DNA of 64,000 nucleotides from Phycisphaerae bacterium (lineage in GTDB: Bacteria; Planctomycetota; Phycisphaerae; FEN-1346; JAACEH01): positions 77,608 to 141,607 of the forward strand of contig JAAYDY010000042.1 of NCBI GenBank assembly GCA_012729015.1, read 5' to 3'. A program made the position numbers and the translations under genes. The notes beneath the pieces were generated by a model. The model saw only the letters and a list, made by a program, of their open reading frames with translations. It searched no databases and was not told the DNA's origin. Positions 49,749 to 58,894 of this stretch are shown here, in pieces. Each line of letters starts with the position of its first letter. Position 1 is the stretch's first letter.

Positions 49749-50723
49749 ATGTCCAAACGAACTGCTGTGCTGACGGCCGTCGCAGTTCTGGCGACGGCGC
49801 TCGCAACCGGCTGTCACGAACAGGAAGCGCTGAAGCATGCCGGGCTCGGATACATGCTGATGGACGAGCAGAAGACGCAGGAGGCGTTGCGCGAGTTCGA
49901 GGACGCCGTCCGCATGGACGACTCGCTGGCCATCGCCTACGGCGAAATCGGCAACATCTACCGCGAACAGGGAAAGTCCGATCCACAGAAACTGACCCTG
50001 GCCATCGGACCGTACAGGCGTGCCATCGAGCTGCTGCCCTACGAATTTGAGTATCGCTACAACCTCGGCACGGTGTACCAGTCGCTGGATCGCAACAGCG
50101 AGGCGGCCGAGACCTACGAGGGGGCCGCCGAGTTGCGGCCGCGCAGCGTCCCCACGCGGATCAACATGAGCGTCTGTTATTATCATCTGAAGGATTACGA
50201 GAAGGCGCTCAGTCACTGCGAGAAAGCCGTCGAGCTGGACCCCAATCAGCCGTTCGCCTGGAGCAACCTCGGGGCGATCTACGACGTCATGGGGCGGTCC
50301 TACGACGCCATCCGGGCCTACAAGAAGGCCCTGGAGCTGGACCCGTCGCAGCAGGACGTGCACATCAACCTCGGCACGCTCTACTGGAAGCAGAACCGCA
50401 TGAACGACTCGATCGAGGCGCTGAAGCGCGCCGTCGAGTTGAACCCCAACAGCGCCCTGGCCCACAAACGGCTGGCCTTCGCCTACAGCAGCAACGGCCG
50501 CCACACCGTGGCCATCGAGGAGTTGCAGCGCTGCCTCGAACTGGCGCCGCAGGACTGGCAGGCCATGAACGCGCTGGCGGCCATCTACATGATCTTCTTC
50601 CTGAAGGACTCCAACCAGCACGAGCTGCGGCAGAATGCCGTGGACATGTGGCACCGCAGCCTCGAAGTGAATTCCGACCAGCCGGCCATCAAGCAGAAGA
50701 TCAAGGAATGGGGCATGATGTGA
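49749..50723 (+). CDS. TPR repeat lipoprotein
   Basis: Lipobox-like ATGC; multiple TPRs; AAGGAG RBS; TTGACA-18-TACAAT at 49633-49662. Confidence 0.9.
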   Translation: MSKRTAVLTAVAVLATALATGCHEQEALKHAGLGYMLMDEQKTQEALREFEDAVRMDDSLAIAYGEIGNIYREQGKSDPQKLTLAIGPYRRAIELLPYEFEYRYNLGTVYQSLDRNSEAAETYEGAAELRPRSVPTRINMSVCYYHLKDYEKALSHCEKAVELDPNQPFAWSNLGAIYDVMGRSYDAIRAYKKALELDPSQQDVHINLGTLYWKQNRMNDSIEALKRAVELNPNSALAHKRLAFAYSSNGRHTVAIEELQRCLELAPQDWQAMNALAAIYMIFFLKDSNQHELRQNAVDMWHRSLEVNSDQPAIKQKIKEWGMM

Positions 50724-50842
50724 TGCCGCGAAGCGTTCGCGGGCTGAATCAGCAGGATACGCGTTAGCCCCCGGCCCGGTCGGCCCTTCGTCAGGTCCGC
50801 ACGTTCGCCTCGGGGACAACCCACCCACAACGGAGGAGTGTC

Positions 50843-51865
50843 ATGACGATCAATTTCGGAATTGTCGGTTTCGGGCGCATGGCTGGACTGGCTCACAAGC
50901 CGAACATCGACGCCACGGCCGGCGCGAAACTGCTGGCCGTGTGCGACATCACGCCAGCTCGCCGCGATGCCGCCAGGGAAGCCGGGATTCCGCGCGTTTA
51001 CGCCTCCCTGGCCGAACTGCTCGCCGACAAGGACATCGACGCCGTCAGCGTGGCCACGCCGTCGCACAACCACTGCAAGATCGCGCTCGAAATCGCCAGG
51101 GCCGGCAAGCACGTCCTGTCCGAGAAGCCCGTCGCGCGCAGCGCCGACGAGTTGAAGAAGACCATCGCCGCGATCCGCAAGACCCGCAAGCTGTTCACGG
51201 TCTACCACAACCGCCGCTTCGATGCCGACTTTCTGGCCGCGAAGAAGATCGTCCATCAGAAGCTCGTCGGCGACGTCGTTCTGTTCGAGGGACGTTGGCA
51301 CCTGTACGGCTCGGCTGCCGGATTCGGCGTGAAGGAGTACAACCAGAAGTGGCGCGAGACGAAGCGCTTCGGCGGCGGCATCCTGCTGGACCTCGGCGTC
51401 CACATGCTCGACCAGCTCAACCAGCTCGCCATCGGCAAGCCCACCGATGTCTTCGCCACGACGTTCGGCGGCGTCTGGGCCAAGGACTGCGACGACCTGG
51501 CCACGGGCATGATCAAGTTCGACGACGGCATGACGGCCCTGATCGAAACCAGCGGCCTGACCAAGGCGAAGCTGCCGCGCTACCGCATCACCGGCACCAA
51601 GGGCATGGCGGTGTTCAATGCCGAGAAGAAGTGCTTCGACCTCTACCTGGGCAACACCGACACCCCGACCAAGACCGTCCCGGCCGACAAGCCGAACATG
51701 GGCATCAACGTGTACAAGGGCTTCGTGGCGGCCATCAGGGGCGACCGCAGCAAGCTGGCGGTGACTCCCGAAAGCGTCGTGACGACCATGCAGTTGATCG
51801 ACGCCTACGTCAAGAGCAACCGCACCGGCAAGAGCGTGGCCATCACCGGCCCGCGCGTGAAGTAG
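50843..51865 (+). CDS. Gfo/Idh/MocA family oxidoreductase
   Basis: GIVGFG, HVLSEKP, HNRRFD and GG.LLDLGVH motifs. Confidence 0.93.
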   Translation: MTINFGIVGFGRMAGLAHKPNIDATAGAKLLAVCDITPARRDAAREAGIPRVYASLAELLADKDIDAVSVATPSHNHCKIALEIARAGKHVLSEKPVARSADELKKTIAAIRKTRKLFTVYHNRRFDADFLAAKKIVHQKLVGDVVLFEGRWHLYGSAAGFGVKEYNQKWRETKRFGGGILLDLGVHMLDQLNQLAIGKPTDVFATTFGGVWAKDCDDLATGMIKFDDGMTALIETSGLTKAKLPRYRITGTKGMAVFNAEKKCFDLYLGNTDTPTKTVPADKPNMGINVYKGFVAAIRGDRSKLAVTPESVVTTMQLIDAYVKSNRTGKSVAITGPRVK

Positions 51866-51872
51866 GCCGACG

Positions 51873-53354
51873 ATGGGAAACTCACCGATGAACGGCAAGG
51901 CAAGGCCTGTTCGCGTTCGCATTGCGCCAAGCCCGACGGGCGATCCGCACGTCGGGACGGCGTACATCGCACTGTTCAACCTGTGCTTCGCCCGGCACTG
52001 CGGCGGCCGATTTGTCCTGCGCATCGAGGACACCGACCAGGCCCGCAGCACGCGCGAAAGCGAACAGGCCATCTTCGACGCCCTGCACTGGCTCGGCCTC
52101 GACTATGACGAAGGGCCGGACGTGGGCGGCGATTGCGGCCCTTACCGCCAGAGCGAACGGCTGGACATCTATCGCCGCGAGGTCCAGAAACTCCTGGACT
52201 CCGGCCACGCCTACTACTGCTTCTGCACGGCCGAGCGACTGGCCGAAGTCCGCGCCGCCCAGCAGCAACGCAAGGACCGCATCGGCTACGACGGCCATTG
52301 CCGCACGCTCGACCGCGATGAGGCGGCCCGTCGGGCCGCCGCCGGTGAGCCGCACGTGATCCGCCTGGCGGTGCCGACTGAGGGCGAGACGACGTTTCAC
52401 GACCAGCTGCGCGGGCCGATCACGTTCCAGAATTCCACGATCGACGACCAGGTGCTCCTGAAGAGCGACGGGTTTCCCACCTACCACCTGGCCAACGTCG
52501 TGGACGATCACCTCATGGGAATCACTCATGTCTGCCGGGCCGAGGAATGGATCACCTCGACGCCCAAGCACGTCCTGCTCTACGGCGCGTTCGGCTGGGA
52601 GTTTCCCGAGTTTGTCCACATGCCCCTGCTGAGGAACCAGGACCGCAGCAAGATCTCCAAGCGCAAGAACCCCACGAGCCTCGACTGGTACCGCGAGCAG
52701 GGCTTCCTGCCCGAGGCGCTGCTGAACTTCCTGGGCCTGATGGGCTACTCGATGCCCGACGGCCGCGAGGTGTTCTCGCTCCAGGAGATGATCGACTCGT
52801 TCTCCTGGGACCGCGTGAAAACCGGCGGCCCGGTGTTCGACCTGGAGAAGCTCGACTGGCTCAACGGCGAGTACATCCGGGCGATGCCGGCCGAGGCCTT
52901 TGCAGCGAGGATGGCCGCGGACCGCCTGGTTCCGGAGGGCACACCCGACACGACCCTGCTGGCCATGGCCCCGATGGTGCAGCAGCGCGTCAAACGTCTC
53001 TGCGAAGTGCCCGACGCCACGGCGTACTTCTGGCGCGAACTGGACTATCCTGCCACGGACCTGCTGCCGTCGAAGAAGGGCCAGCCGGTTCACGATGCCG
53101 TCGAAACGCGGGCCGTGCTGGAACAGGTCCGTAGCGTCTTCGAGCAATTGCCGCAGTGGACGACCGAGGCTATGGAGTCGGCCATGCGGGCTCTGTGTGA
53201 CGAGTCCGAATGGAAACCCCGCGACCTGTTCATGACGCTGCGCATCGCCGCCACGGGCCGGGCGGTCTCCACGCCGCTCTTCGAAACGATGGAAGTGCTC
53301 GGCCGCGAGGAATCTCTGAAGCGGCTCTCCACGGCGATCGGCAGGCTGAGTTGA
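51873..53354 (+). CDS. gltX: Glutamate--tRNA ligase
   Basis: RIAPSPTGDPHVGT, LRIEDTD, PYRQSER and KISKR motifs. Confidence 0.97.
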   Translation: MGNSPMNGKARPVRVRIAPSPTGDPHVGTAYIALFNLCFARHCGGRFVLRIEDTDQARSTRESEQAIFDALHWLGLDYDEGPDVGGDCGPYRQSERLDIYRREVQKLLDSGHAYYCFCTAERLAEVRAAQQQRKDRIGYDGHCRTLDRDEAARRAAAGEPHVIRLAVPTEGETTFHDQLRGPITFQNSTIDDQVLLKSDGFPTYHLANVVDDHLMGITHVCRAEEWITSTPKHVLLYGAFGWEFPEFVHMPLLRNQDRSKISKRKNPTSLDWYREQGFLPEALLNFLGLMGYSMPDGREVFSLQEMIDSFSWDRVKTGGPVFDLEKLDWLNGEYIRAMPAEAFAARMAADRLVPEGTPDTTLLAMAPMVQQRVKRLCEVPDATAYFWRELDYPATDLLPSKKGQPVHDAVETRAVLEQVRSVFEQLPQWTTEAMESAMRALCDESEWKPRDLFMTLRIAATGRAVSTPLFETMEVLGREESLKRLSTAIGRLS

Positions 53355-53440
53355 AGCCTCGCTGAAGCCCGCGCGGGAGTATCCCCCCGCACGTCCCCCG
53401 CGAGGGCGGCGACGCCTGAGGCATTGCCCCACATCAGCCA

Positions 53441-53476
53441 ACGAACAAGGGCCACAACGCCGTGCGTTGTGGCCCT
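53441..53476 (-). terminator. Terminator after the tRNA pair (possibly bidirectional)
   Basis: Perfect 13-bp stem AGGGCCACAACGC/GCGTTGTGGCCCT (53448-53476) with a T-rich tail on the minus strand. Confidence 0.75.
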
Positions 53477-53485
53477 ATCGCATAC

Positions 53486-53561
<76 letters not shown>

Positions 53562-53575
53562 AACGGTGGAATGTC

Positions 53576-53652
53576 TGGTACGCCCGGCAGGACTCGAACC
53601 TGCAACCTTTGGGTTCGAAGCCCAACGCTCTATCCAATTGAGCTACGAGCGC
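53576..53652 (-). tRNA. tRNA-Arg(TCG)
   Basis: GCGCTCGTAGCTCAATTGGATAGAGCGTTGGGCT-TCG-AACCCAA...GGTTCGAGTCC...ACCA, 77 nt. Confidence 0.96.
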
Positions 53653-53677
53653 CCCGTTTTTTCAGTCAACGCGGGGT

Positions 53678-53705
53678 ATTATAGGCCCTCGCGATCCAAT
53701 GTCAA
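53678..53705 (-). promoter_or_regulatory. sigma70 promoter of the tRNA operon
   Basis: Consensus TTGACA-16-TATAAT on the minus strand. Confidence 0.88.
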
Positions 53706-53763
53706 CAAAAAGCGCATCCCAGTTCTCCAGCTTCCACGCGTTCCGGCGCGTGGGGCTTTGCGC

Positions 53764-53792
53764 TTGCATTAAGGTGGCCGTGCGACTATACT
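53764..53792 (+). promoter_or_regulatory. sigma70 promoter of rpsO-pnp
   Basis: TTGCAT-17-TATACT. Confidence 0.75.
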
Positions 53793-53917
53793 TTCGCCCA
53801 AGGTTTAGCCGCGACTGACCGATCTGTGTCGGTGGGGGAAGCGTTCCCTGCCGCAAATCAGGAACAGGAGAGCGGCCTCCTGCTCCCATGTGTAGCAGAC
53901 ATTAAGGAGAGGCAGTC

Positions 53918-54181
53918 ATGTCGGACGCAGCAAAGACGGGTCTGATCAAGGACTATGCGATTCACGAGGGCGACACGGGCAGCCCCGAGGTGCAGATTGC
54001 CCTGCTGACCCAGCGCATCGGGCACCTGACGGAGCACCTGAAGGACAACAAGAAAGACTTCTCGTCGCGTCGCGGTTTGCTTCGGATGGTGGGTCGTCGC
54101 AGCAGCCTTCTGAAGTACTTGCAGCAGAACGATTTCGAGCGTTACCAGGCCATCGTCAAGCGCCTGGGGCTGCGCAAGTAG
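53918..54181 (+). CDS. rpsO: 30S ribosomal protein S15
   Basis: [13 protein letters not shown]...SRRGLL..VGRR..LL.YL...LGLRK. Confidence 0.98.
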   Translation: MSDAAKTGLIKDYAIHEGDTGSPEVQIALLTQRIGHLTEHLKDNKKDFSSRRGLLRMVGRRSSLLKYLQQNDFERYQAIVKRLGLRK

Positions 54182-54198
54182 CCAACGAAACGACCACG

Positions 54199-54233
54199 GG
54201 GGCACCGGCGTCGCATGGCCGTGCCCCTTTTTT
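54199..54233 (+). terminator. Intrinsic terminator after rpsO
   Basis: GGGGCAC/GTGCCCC stem followed by T6. Confidence 0.8.
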
Positions 54234-54398
54234 GTGCAGGCGATGATGTCGGGGGATGTCCGACGTGCCTGCCGCGGCAGATGGGTTGTCGGGTCGGGAC
54301 AGAGACGGATAGAGCCAGGCGAAAACAGAACGAGACTGGATCCTGAACGGACGCATGTGTGTTTGAATCGGGTCGGGTCGGAATAGTAGGAGAGGACA

Positions 54399-56522
54399 AT
54401 GGAAGGCAGTGCAATGTCGGGCAAGGAGCACGTGGTTGTACGGGAAATTGGCGGTCGGAAGCTGATTCTGAAGACGGGCAAGCTGGCCAAACAGGCTTCC
54501 GGGGCGGTGTGGGTGCAGTACGGCGACACGGTGGTGCTGGTGGCCACGACGATTGCCGAGCTGAAGCGCGAGATCGATTTCTTCCCCCTGTTCATGGACT
54601 ATCGCGAGAAGCAATACGCGGCCGGCAAGGTGCCGCGCGGCTTCTTCAAGCGCGAAGGGCGTCCGACGGACAAGGAGATTCTGACGATGCGGCTGATGGA
54701 CCGTCCGGTCCGGCCGCTGTTCCCCGAGGGATACAAGGACGAGGTGCAGATTCAGGCCATCGTCCTGAGTTTCGACCAGCAGAACGAGTCGGACGTACTG
54801 GCGATGATCGGCGCCAGCGCGTCGCTGTGCGTCTCCCCTGCCCCGTTCAACGGGCCGGTGGGGTCGGTTCGCATCGGGCGGCTCAACGGTGAGTTGATCG
54901 CGTTCCCGACGATCGAGCAGACCGGGCAGTGCGACCTCGAAATCATCATGTCGGGTACCGACACGGTGGTCAACATGCTGGAGGTCGGCGCGGGCGAGGT
55001 GAGCGACGACGACCTGATGGCGGCGTTCGAGTTCGGGCACAAGGTGATCCGCGAGATCGTCCAGATGCAGCGTGAGCTGGCGACGATGGCGGGGGTCGAG
55101 AAGTCGTGGACGCCGCCGGAGCCGGACACGGCCCTTGCGGCCGAGGTGGCCAAGTACGAGGGCCAGTTGCTGGCCTGCCTGGACGTCAGCGGCAAGGCGG
55201 CGCAAATGCAGGCGCTGGACGAGGTCAGGACAACGATTCTGGACACGTTGAGCCCGGAGGACGTCGAGGAGCCGCGATTTGCGCGCGAGGCGGTGTCGGC
55301 GGCCGTCAGCGAACTGAAGAAGAAGATCATCCGCGAGCGGATCCTGGGCGGCGTGCGTCCGGACGGTCGCAAGCCGGCGCAGTTGCGGCCGGTGACGGGC
55401 GAAGTGGGCGTGCTGCCTCGGACGCACGGGTCGGCGCTGTTCACACGCGGCGAGACGCAGGCTCTGGTGGCGACGACGCTGGGCACCAGCGAAGACCAGC
55501 AGGTGATCGACGGCCTGGCGCCGGAGTACAAGAAACGGTTCATGCTTCAGTACAACTTCCCGCCGTTCTCGGTGGGCGAGGTGCGTCCGATCCGCGGCCC
55601 GAGCCGTCGCGACATCGGTCACGGCAACCTGGCGGAACGGTGTCTTGTTCCGGTGATGCCGGCGGCGGACCAGTTCGCGTACACGGTGCTGGCGGTGAGC
55701 GAGATTCTGGAGTCGAACGGTTCGAGCAGCATGGCGACCGTGTGCGGCGCGACGCTGGCGTTGATGGACGCGGGGGTGCCGATCAAGGATCCGGTGGCGG
55801 GCATCTCGATCGGCCTGGTGAAAGAGGGCGACCGCGAGATGCTGCTGACGGATATCCAGGGCGCCGAAGACCACTACGGCGACATGGACTTCAAGGTGGC
55901 CGGCACGCAGAAGGGAATCACGGGCGTTCAGTTGGACGTGAAGATCGACGGGCTGTCGCTGGGCACGTTGCGCAAGGCACTGATCCAGGCCCGCGAGGCG
56001 AGGATCGAACTGCTGCGTATCATGCTCGAGACGCTGAGCTCGCCTCGTCCGCAGATCAGCGACTACGCGCCGCGTCTGCTGCTGATTCACATCGACCCGG
56101 ACAAGATCGGCAAGGTGATCGGACCGGGCGGCAAGATCATCAAGGCGATCCAGGAAGAGACCGGCGCCCGGATCGAGATCGAAGACGATGGCAGCGTGAT
56201 GATCAGCTGCGTCGAGATGAAGGGCGCCGAGGCTGCCCGCGAGAAGATCGAGCAGATCGCCGAAGAGGTGAAGATCGGCAAGATCTACACGGGCAAGGTC
56301 ATGAGCATCAAGGAGTTCGGCGCGTTCATCGAGGTGACGCCGGGCCAGGACGGCCTCTGCCACGTTTCGGAGCTGGACGAGAAGTACGTGAAGAACATCG
56401 AGGACGTGATCAAGGTGGGCGACACGGTGCGCGTGAAGGTCATTCAGATCGATCCTCAGGGCCGCATCAAGTTGTCGCGTAAGGCCGCGATGAAAGACGA
56501 GAAGGACGAGAGCCAGAAGTAG
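54399..56522 (+). CDS. pnp: Polyribonucleotide nucleotidyltransferase
   Basis: DFFPL, RTHGSALFTRGETQ, ESNGSSSMA and GDMDFKVAG motifs; KH and S1 domains. Confidence 0.98.
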   Translation: MEGSAMSGKEHVVVREIGGRKLILKTGKLAKQASGAVWVQYGDTVVLVATTIAELKREIDFFPLFMDYREKQYAAGKVPRGFFKREGRPTDKEILTMRLMDRPVRPLFPEGYKDEVQIQAIVLSFDQQNESDVLAMIGASASLCVSPAPFNGPVGSVRIGRLNGELIAFPTIEQTGQCDLEIIMSGTDTVVNMLEVGAGEVSDDDLMAAFEFGHKVIREIVQMQRELATMAGVEKSWTPPEPDTALAAEVAKYEGQLLACLDVSGKAAQMQALDEVRTTILDTLSPEDVEEPRFAREAVSAAVSELKKKIIRERILGGVRPDGRKPAQLRPVTGEVGVLPRTHGSALFTRGETQALVATTLGTSEDQQVIDGLAPEYKKRFMLQYNFPPFSVGEVRPIRGPSRRDIGHGNLAERCLVPVMPAADQFAYTVLAVSEILESNGSSSMATVCGATLALMDAGVPIKDPVAGISIGLVKEGDREMLLTDIQGAEDHYGDMDFKVAGTQKGITGVQLDVKIDGLSLGTLRKALIQAREARIELLRIMLETLSSPRPQISDYAPRLLLIHIDPDKIGKVIGPGGKIIKAIQEETGARIEIEDDGSVMISCVEMKGAEAAREKIEQIAEEVKIGKIYTGKVMSIKEFGAFIEVTPGQDGLCHVSELDEKYVKNIEDVIKVGDTVRVKVIQIDPQGRIKLSRKAAMKDEKDESQK

Positions 56523-56561
56523 GCTTCTCCGCGTCCGGTTGCACCCTACAGAGTGGGAATC

Positions 56562-56599
56562 CAAGACCCGCACGTCCGCGAGGACCTCTGCGGGTCTTG
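56562..56599 (+). terminator. Stem-loop after pnp
   Basis: 11-bp stem CAAGACCCGCA/TGCGGGTCTTG; weak U-tail. Confidence 0.5.
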
Positions 56600-56703
56600 A
56601 CCATTCACCCGTAGAACGTGTTGAACGCAGCGGTGCCGCGTGTCCCGACGAGCACGGGCGCGGCGTCCGTGCCGGGGCAAGGCCGCTTTGAGGAGTCCGA
56701 CGC

Positions 56704-57537
56704 GTGTCGGTATCGATCGTGTTGGCAGCGATGGTCGGCTTCGGTGCCGGCGCTGCGCTGGGAGCCATCCTGGCGGCGCGTCGCGTGCGACGGCTTTACG
56801 TCCGAAGCGAGCAACTCGAGAAACAGGTCGCCGAGTCGGAGCGAATGGCCTACGTGGGTCGCCTGACAAGCGGCCTGGCCCACGAACTGAAGAATCCGCT
56901 GTCCACGCTGAACCTGAATCTGCAACTGCTGGCCGAGGATCTGAGCCTCCCGCAGACCGAGGCCGAGCGACGCACGGCGCGGAAGCTGACGATTCTTCAA
57001 TCGGAGACGCGTCGGCTGGAGGAGATTCTGGAGGCGTTTCTGCGGTTCGCCGGCCGGATGGAGCTGCGGCGGAAGCGTCTGGATGTGGGCTCGCTGGTGG
57101 GCGACCTGCTGGCATTCTACGAGCCGCAGGCCGTCCAGCACGGAATCACGTTACGCGAACAGGTGGACGCCGGGCTGCCTTGGGTGGACGCCGACGCGGA
57201 CCTCTTGAAACAGGCCCTCTTGAACATTATCCTGAACGCCCAGGCCGTCATGACCGAGGGCGGCGAACTGATGGTGGCGGTGCGGTCGGCCGACGGGGGC
57301 GTGGCCATAAGCGTGACGGACACGGGACCGGGGATACCGGCGGATCGGCAGGATCGGATTTTCGACGCCTACTATTCGTCGCGGCCGGGGGGCATGGGGC
57401 TGGGCTTGCCGACGGTCAAGCGAATCGTGACCGAGCACGGCGGCAAGGTCACCGTCAACAGCGAACTGGGCCGGGGGACGCAGTTCGTCCTCTGGTTGCC
57501 GGCAGCAGCCGAGGATGCGGGAAAGACCCATGAGTGA
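56704..57537 (+). CDS. Short membrane-anchored histidine kinase
   Basis: One N-terminal TM, LAHELKNPL, NIILNA, DTGPGI and GMGLGL motifs. Confidence 0.9.
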   Translation: MSVSIVLAAMVGFGAGAALGAILAARRVRRLYVRSEQLEKQVAESERMAYVGRLTSGLAHELKNPLSTLNLNLQLLAEDLSLPQTEAERRTARKLTILQSETRRLEEILEAFLRFAGRMELRRKRLDVGSLVGDLLAFYEPQAVQHGITLREQVDAGLPWVDADADLLKQALLNIILNAQAVMTEGGELMVAVRSADGGVAISVTDTGPGIPADRQDRIFDAYYSSRPGGMGLGLPTVKRIVTEHGGKVTVNSELGRGTQFVLWLPAAAEDAGKTHE

Positions 57538-58894
57538 CGAGCAGCAGCGAGCGGCGATTCTGATTGTCGAGGACGACCGCAACCAGGCCGACGCGGTCAG
57601 CGAGGCGCTCCAGCGCGTCGGGCACGAGTGCGTCGTGGTGACGGCGCCGCGTCGTGCCTCGGCGATTCTCGAGTCGCGGTCGTTCGACCTGGTGATCACC
57701 GATCTGATGATGCAGGACCTCGACGGGATGGATATCCTCAGGGCCGTCAAATCGATCAACCCGACGACAGAGGTCATCGTCATCACGGGCCACGCGAGCA
57801 TCGAGACGGCCGTGGGCGCCATCCGCCAGGGGGCATACGACTACATCGAGAAGCCGCTGAACGTGGAGGTGCTTCGAGACCGCGTGTCGAAGGCGCTGGA
57901 GCGTCGGCGTCTGGTGGCTCAGACGAAGGAACTGTCGGCGCAACTGGACGAGCGGTTCGGCTTCGCCGGGGTGGTCGGGAACAATCCACAGATGCGTCGC
58001 GTGGTGGAAATCGCCCGCCAGATCGCGCCGACCAACACCACCGTGCTGATTACCGGCGAGAGCGGCACGGGCAAGGAACTGATCGCCAGGGCGATTCACA
58101 ACAACTCGCCCCGGCGTCATCGGAACTTCGTGGCGCTGAACTGTGCCGCGTTGTCCGAGGGCATCCTGGAGAGCGAGCTGTTCGGCCACGAGAAAGGCGC
58201 GTTCACGGGTGCCGCGGCCCTCCGCCGCGGGCGGTTCGAGTACGCGGACGGCGGGACGCTGTTCCTGGACGAGGTCGGCGACATGCCGATGAGCACGCAG
58301 ATCAAGTTGCTTCGCGTGCTGGAAGACGGCGAGATCATGCGCGTCGGGTCGAACGATCCGATCCGCGTGGATGTGCGGCTGATCAGCGCGACGAATCGGG
58401 ACTTGAACGCGGCGATCGCGGAGAAGGCATTTCGCGAGGACCTGTATTTCCGGCTCAAGGTGGTGACGCTCGCCCTGCCTCCGCTGCGGGAACGCGCCGA
58501 GGACATCGCCCTCCTGGCGGACTACTTCATGAAGGAGTTCTCGCGGCAACACGGCAAGACCATCACGGCCCTGTCGCCGGCGGCGCTTCAGGCGCTTCAG
58601 GCATACACGTGGCCGGGCAACGTCCGTGAGCTGCGCAACGCCGTCGAGACCATGGTGGCGCTGGCCCAGGGCGACACGCTCGACGTGCAGCAATTGCCGC
58701 CGGAGATTCCGGGGGCCGTGCGCCCCGGGCCGTCGGCAGCCAGCCTGGGCACGATGACCCTCGAAGAGGCCGAGCGTCAGCTCATCGCCAACGCCCTGCG
58801 CGCTACCGAAGGCAATCGCCAGGAAGCGGCGCGACGCCTGGGCATCGGCGAACGCACGTTGTACCGGAAGATCAAGGACTACGGGCTTTCGTAG
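57530..58894 (+). CDS. sigma54-dependent NtrC-family response regulator
   Basis: Receiver domain, GESGTGKE, GAFTGA, WPGNVREL and a Fis-type HTH. Confidence 0.96.
   Translation: MSDEQQRAAILIVEDDRNQADAVSEALQRVGHECVVVTAPRRASAILESRSFDLVITDLMMQDLDGMDILRAVKSINPTTEVIVITGHASIETAVGAIRQGAYDYIEKPLNVEVLRDRVSKALERRRLVAQTKELSAQLDERFGFAGVVGNNPQMRRVVEIARQIAPTNTTVLITGESGTGKELIARAIHNNSPRRHRNFVALNCAALSEGILESELFGHEKGAFTGAAALRRGRFEYADGGTLFLDEVGDMPMSTQIKLLRVLEDGEIMRVGSNDPIRVDVRLISATNRDLNAAIAEKAFREDLYFRLKVVTLALPPLRERAEDIALLADYFMKEFSRQHGKTITALSPAALQALQAYTWPGNVRELRNAVETMVALAQGDTLDVQQLPPEIPGAVRPGPSAASLGTMTLEEAERQLIANALRATEGNRQEAARRLGIGERTLYRKIKDYGLS

Noticed and set aside
49656-52072. Minus-strand ORFs of 390 and 495 aa
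   Set aside because: They are antisense to the TPR lipoprotein, oxidoreductase and gltX genes.
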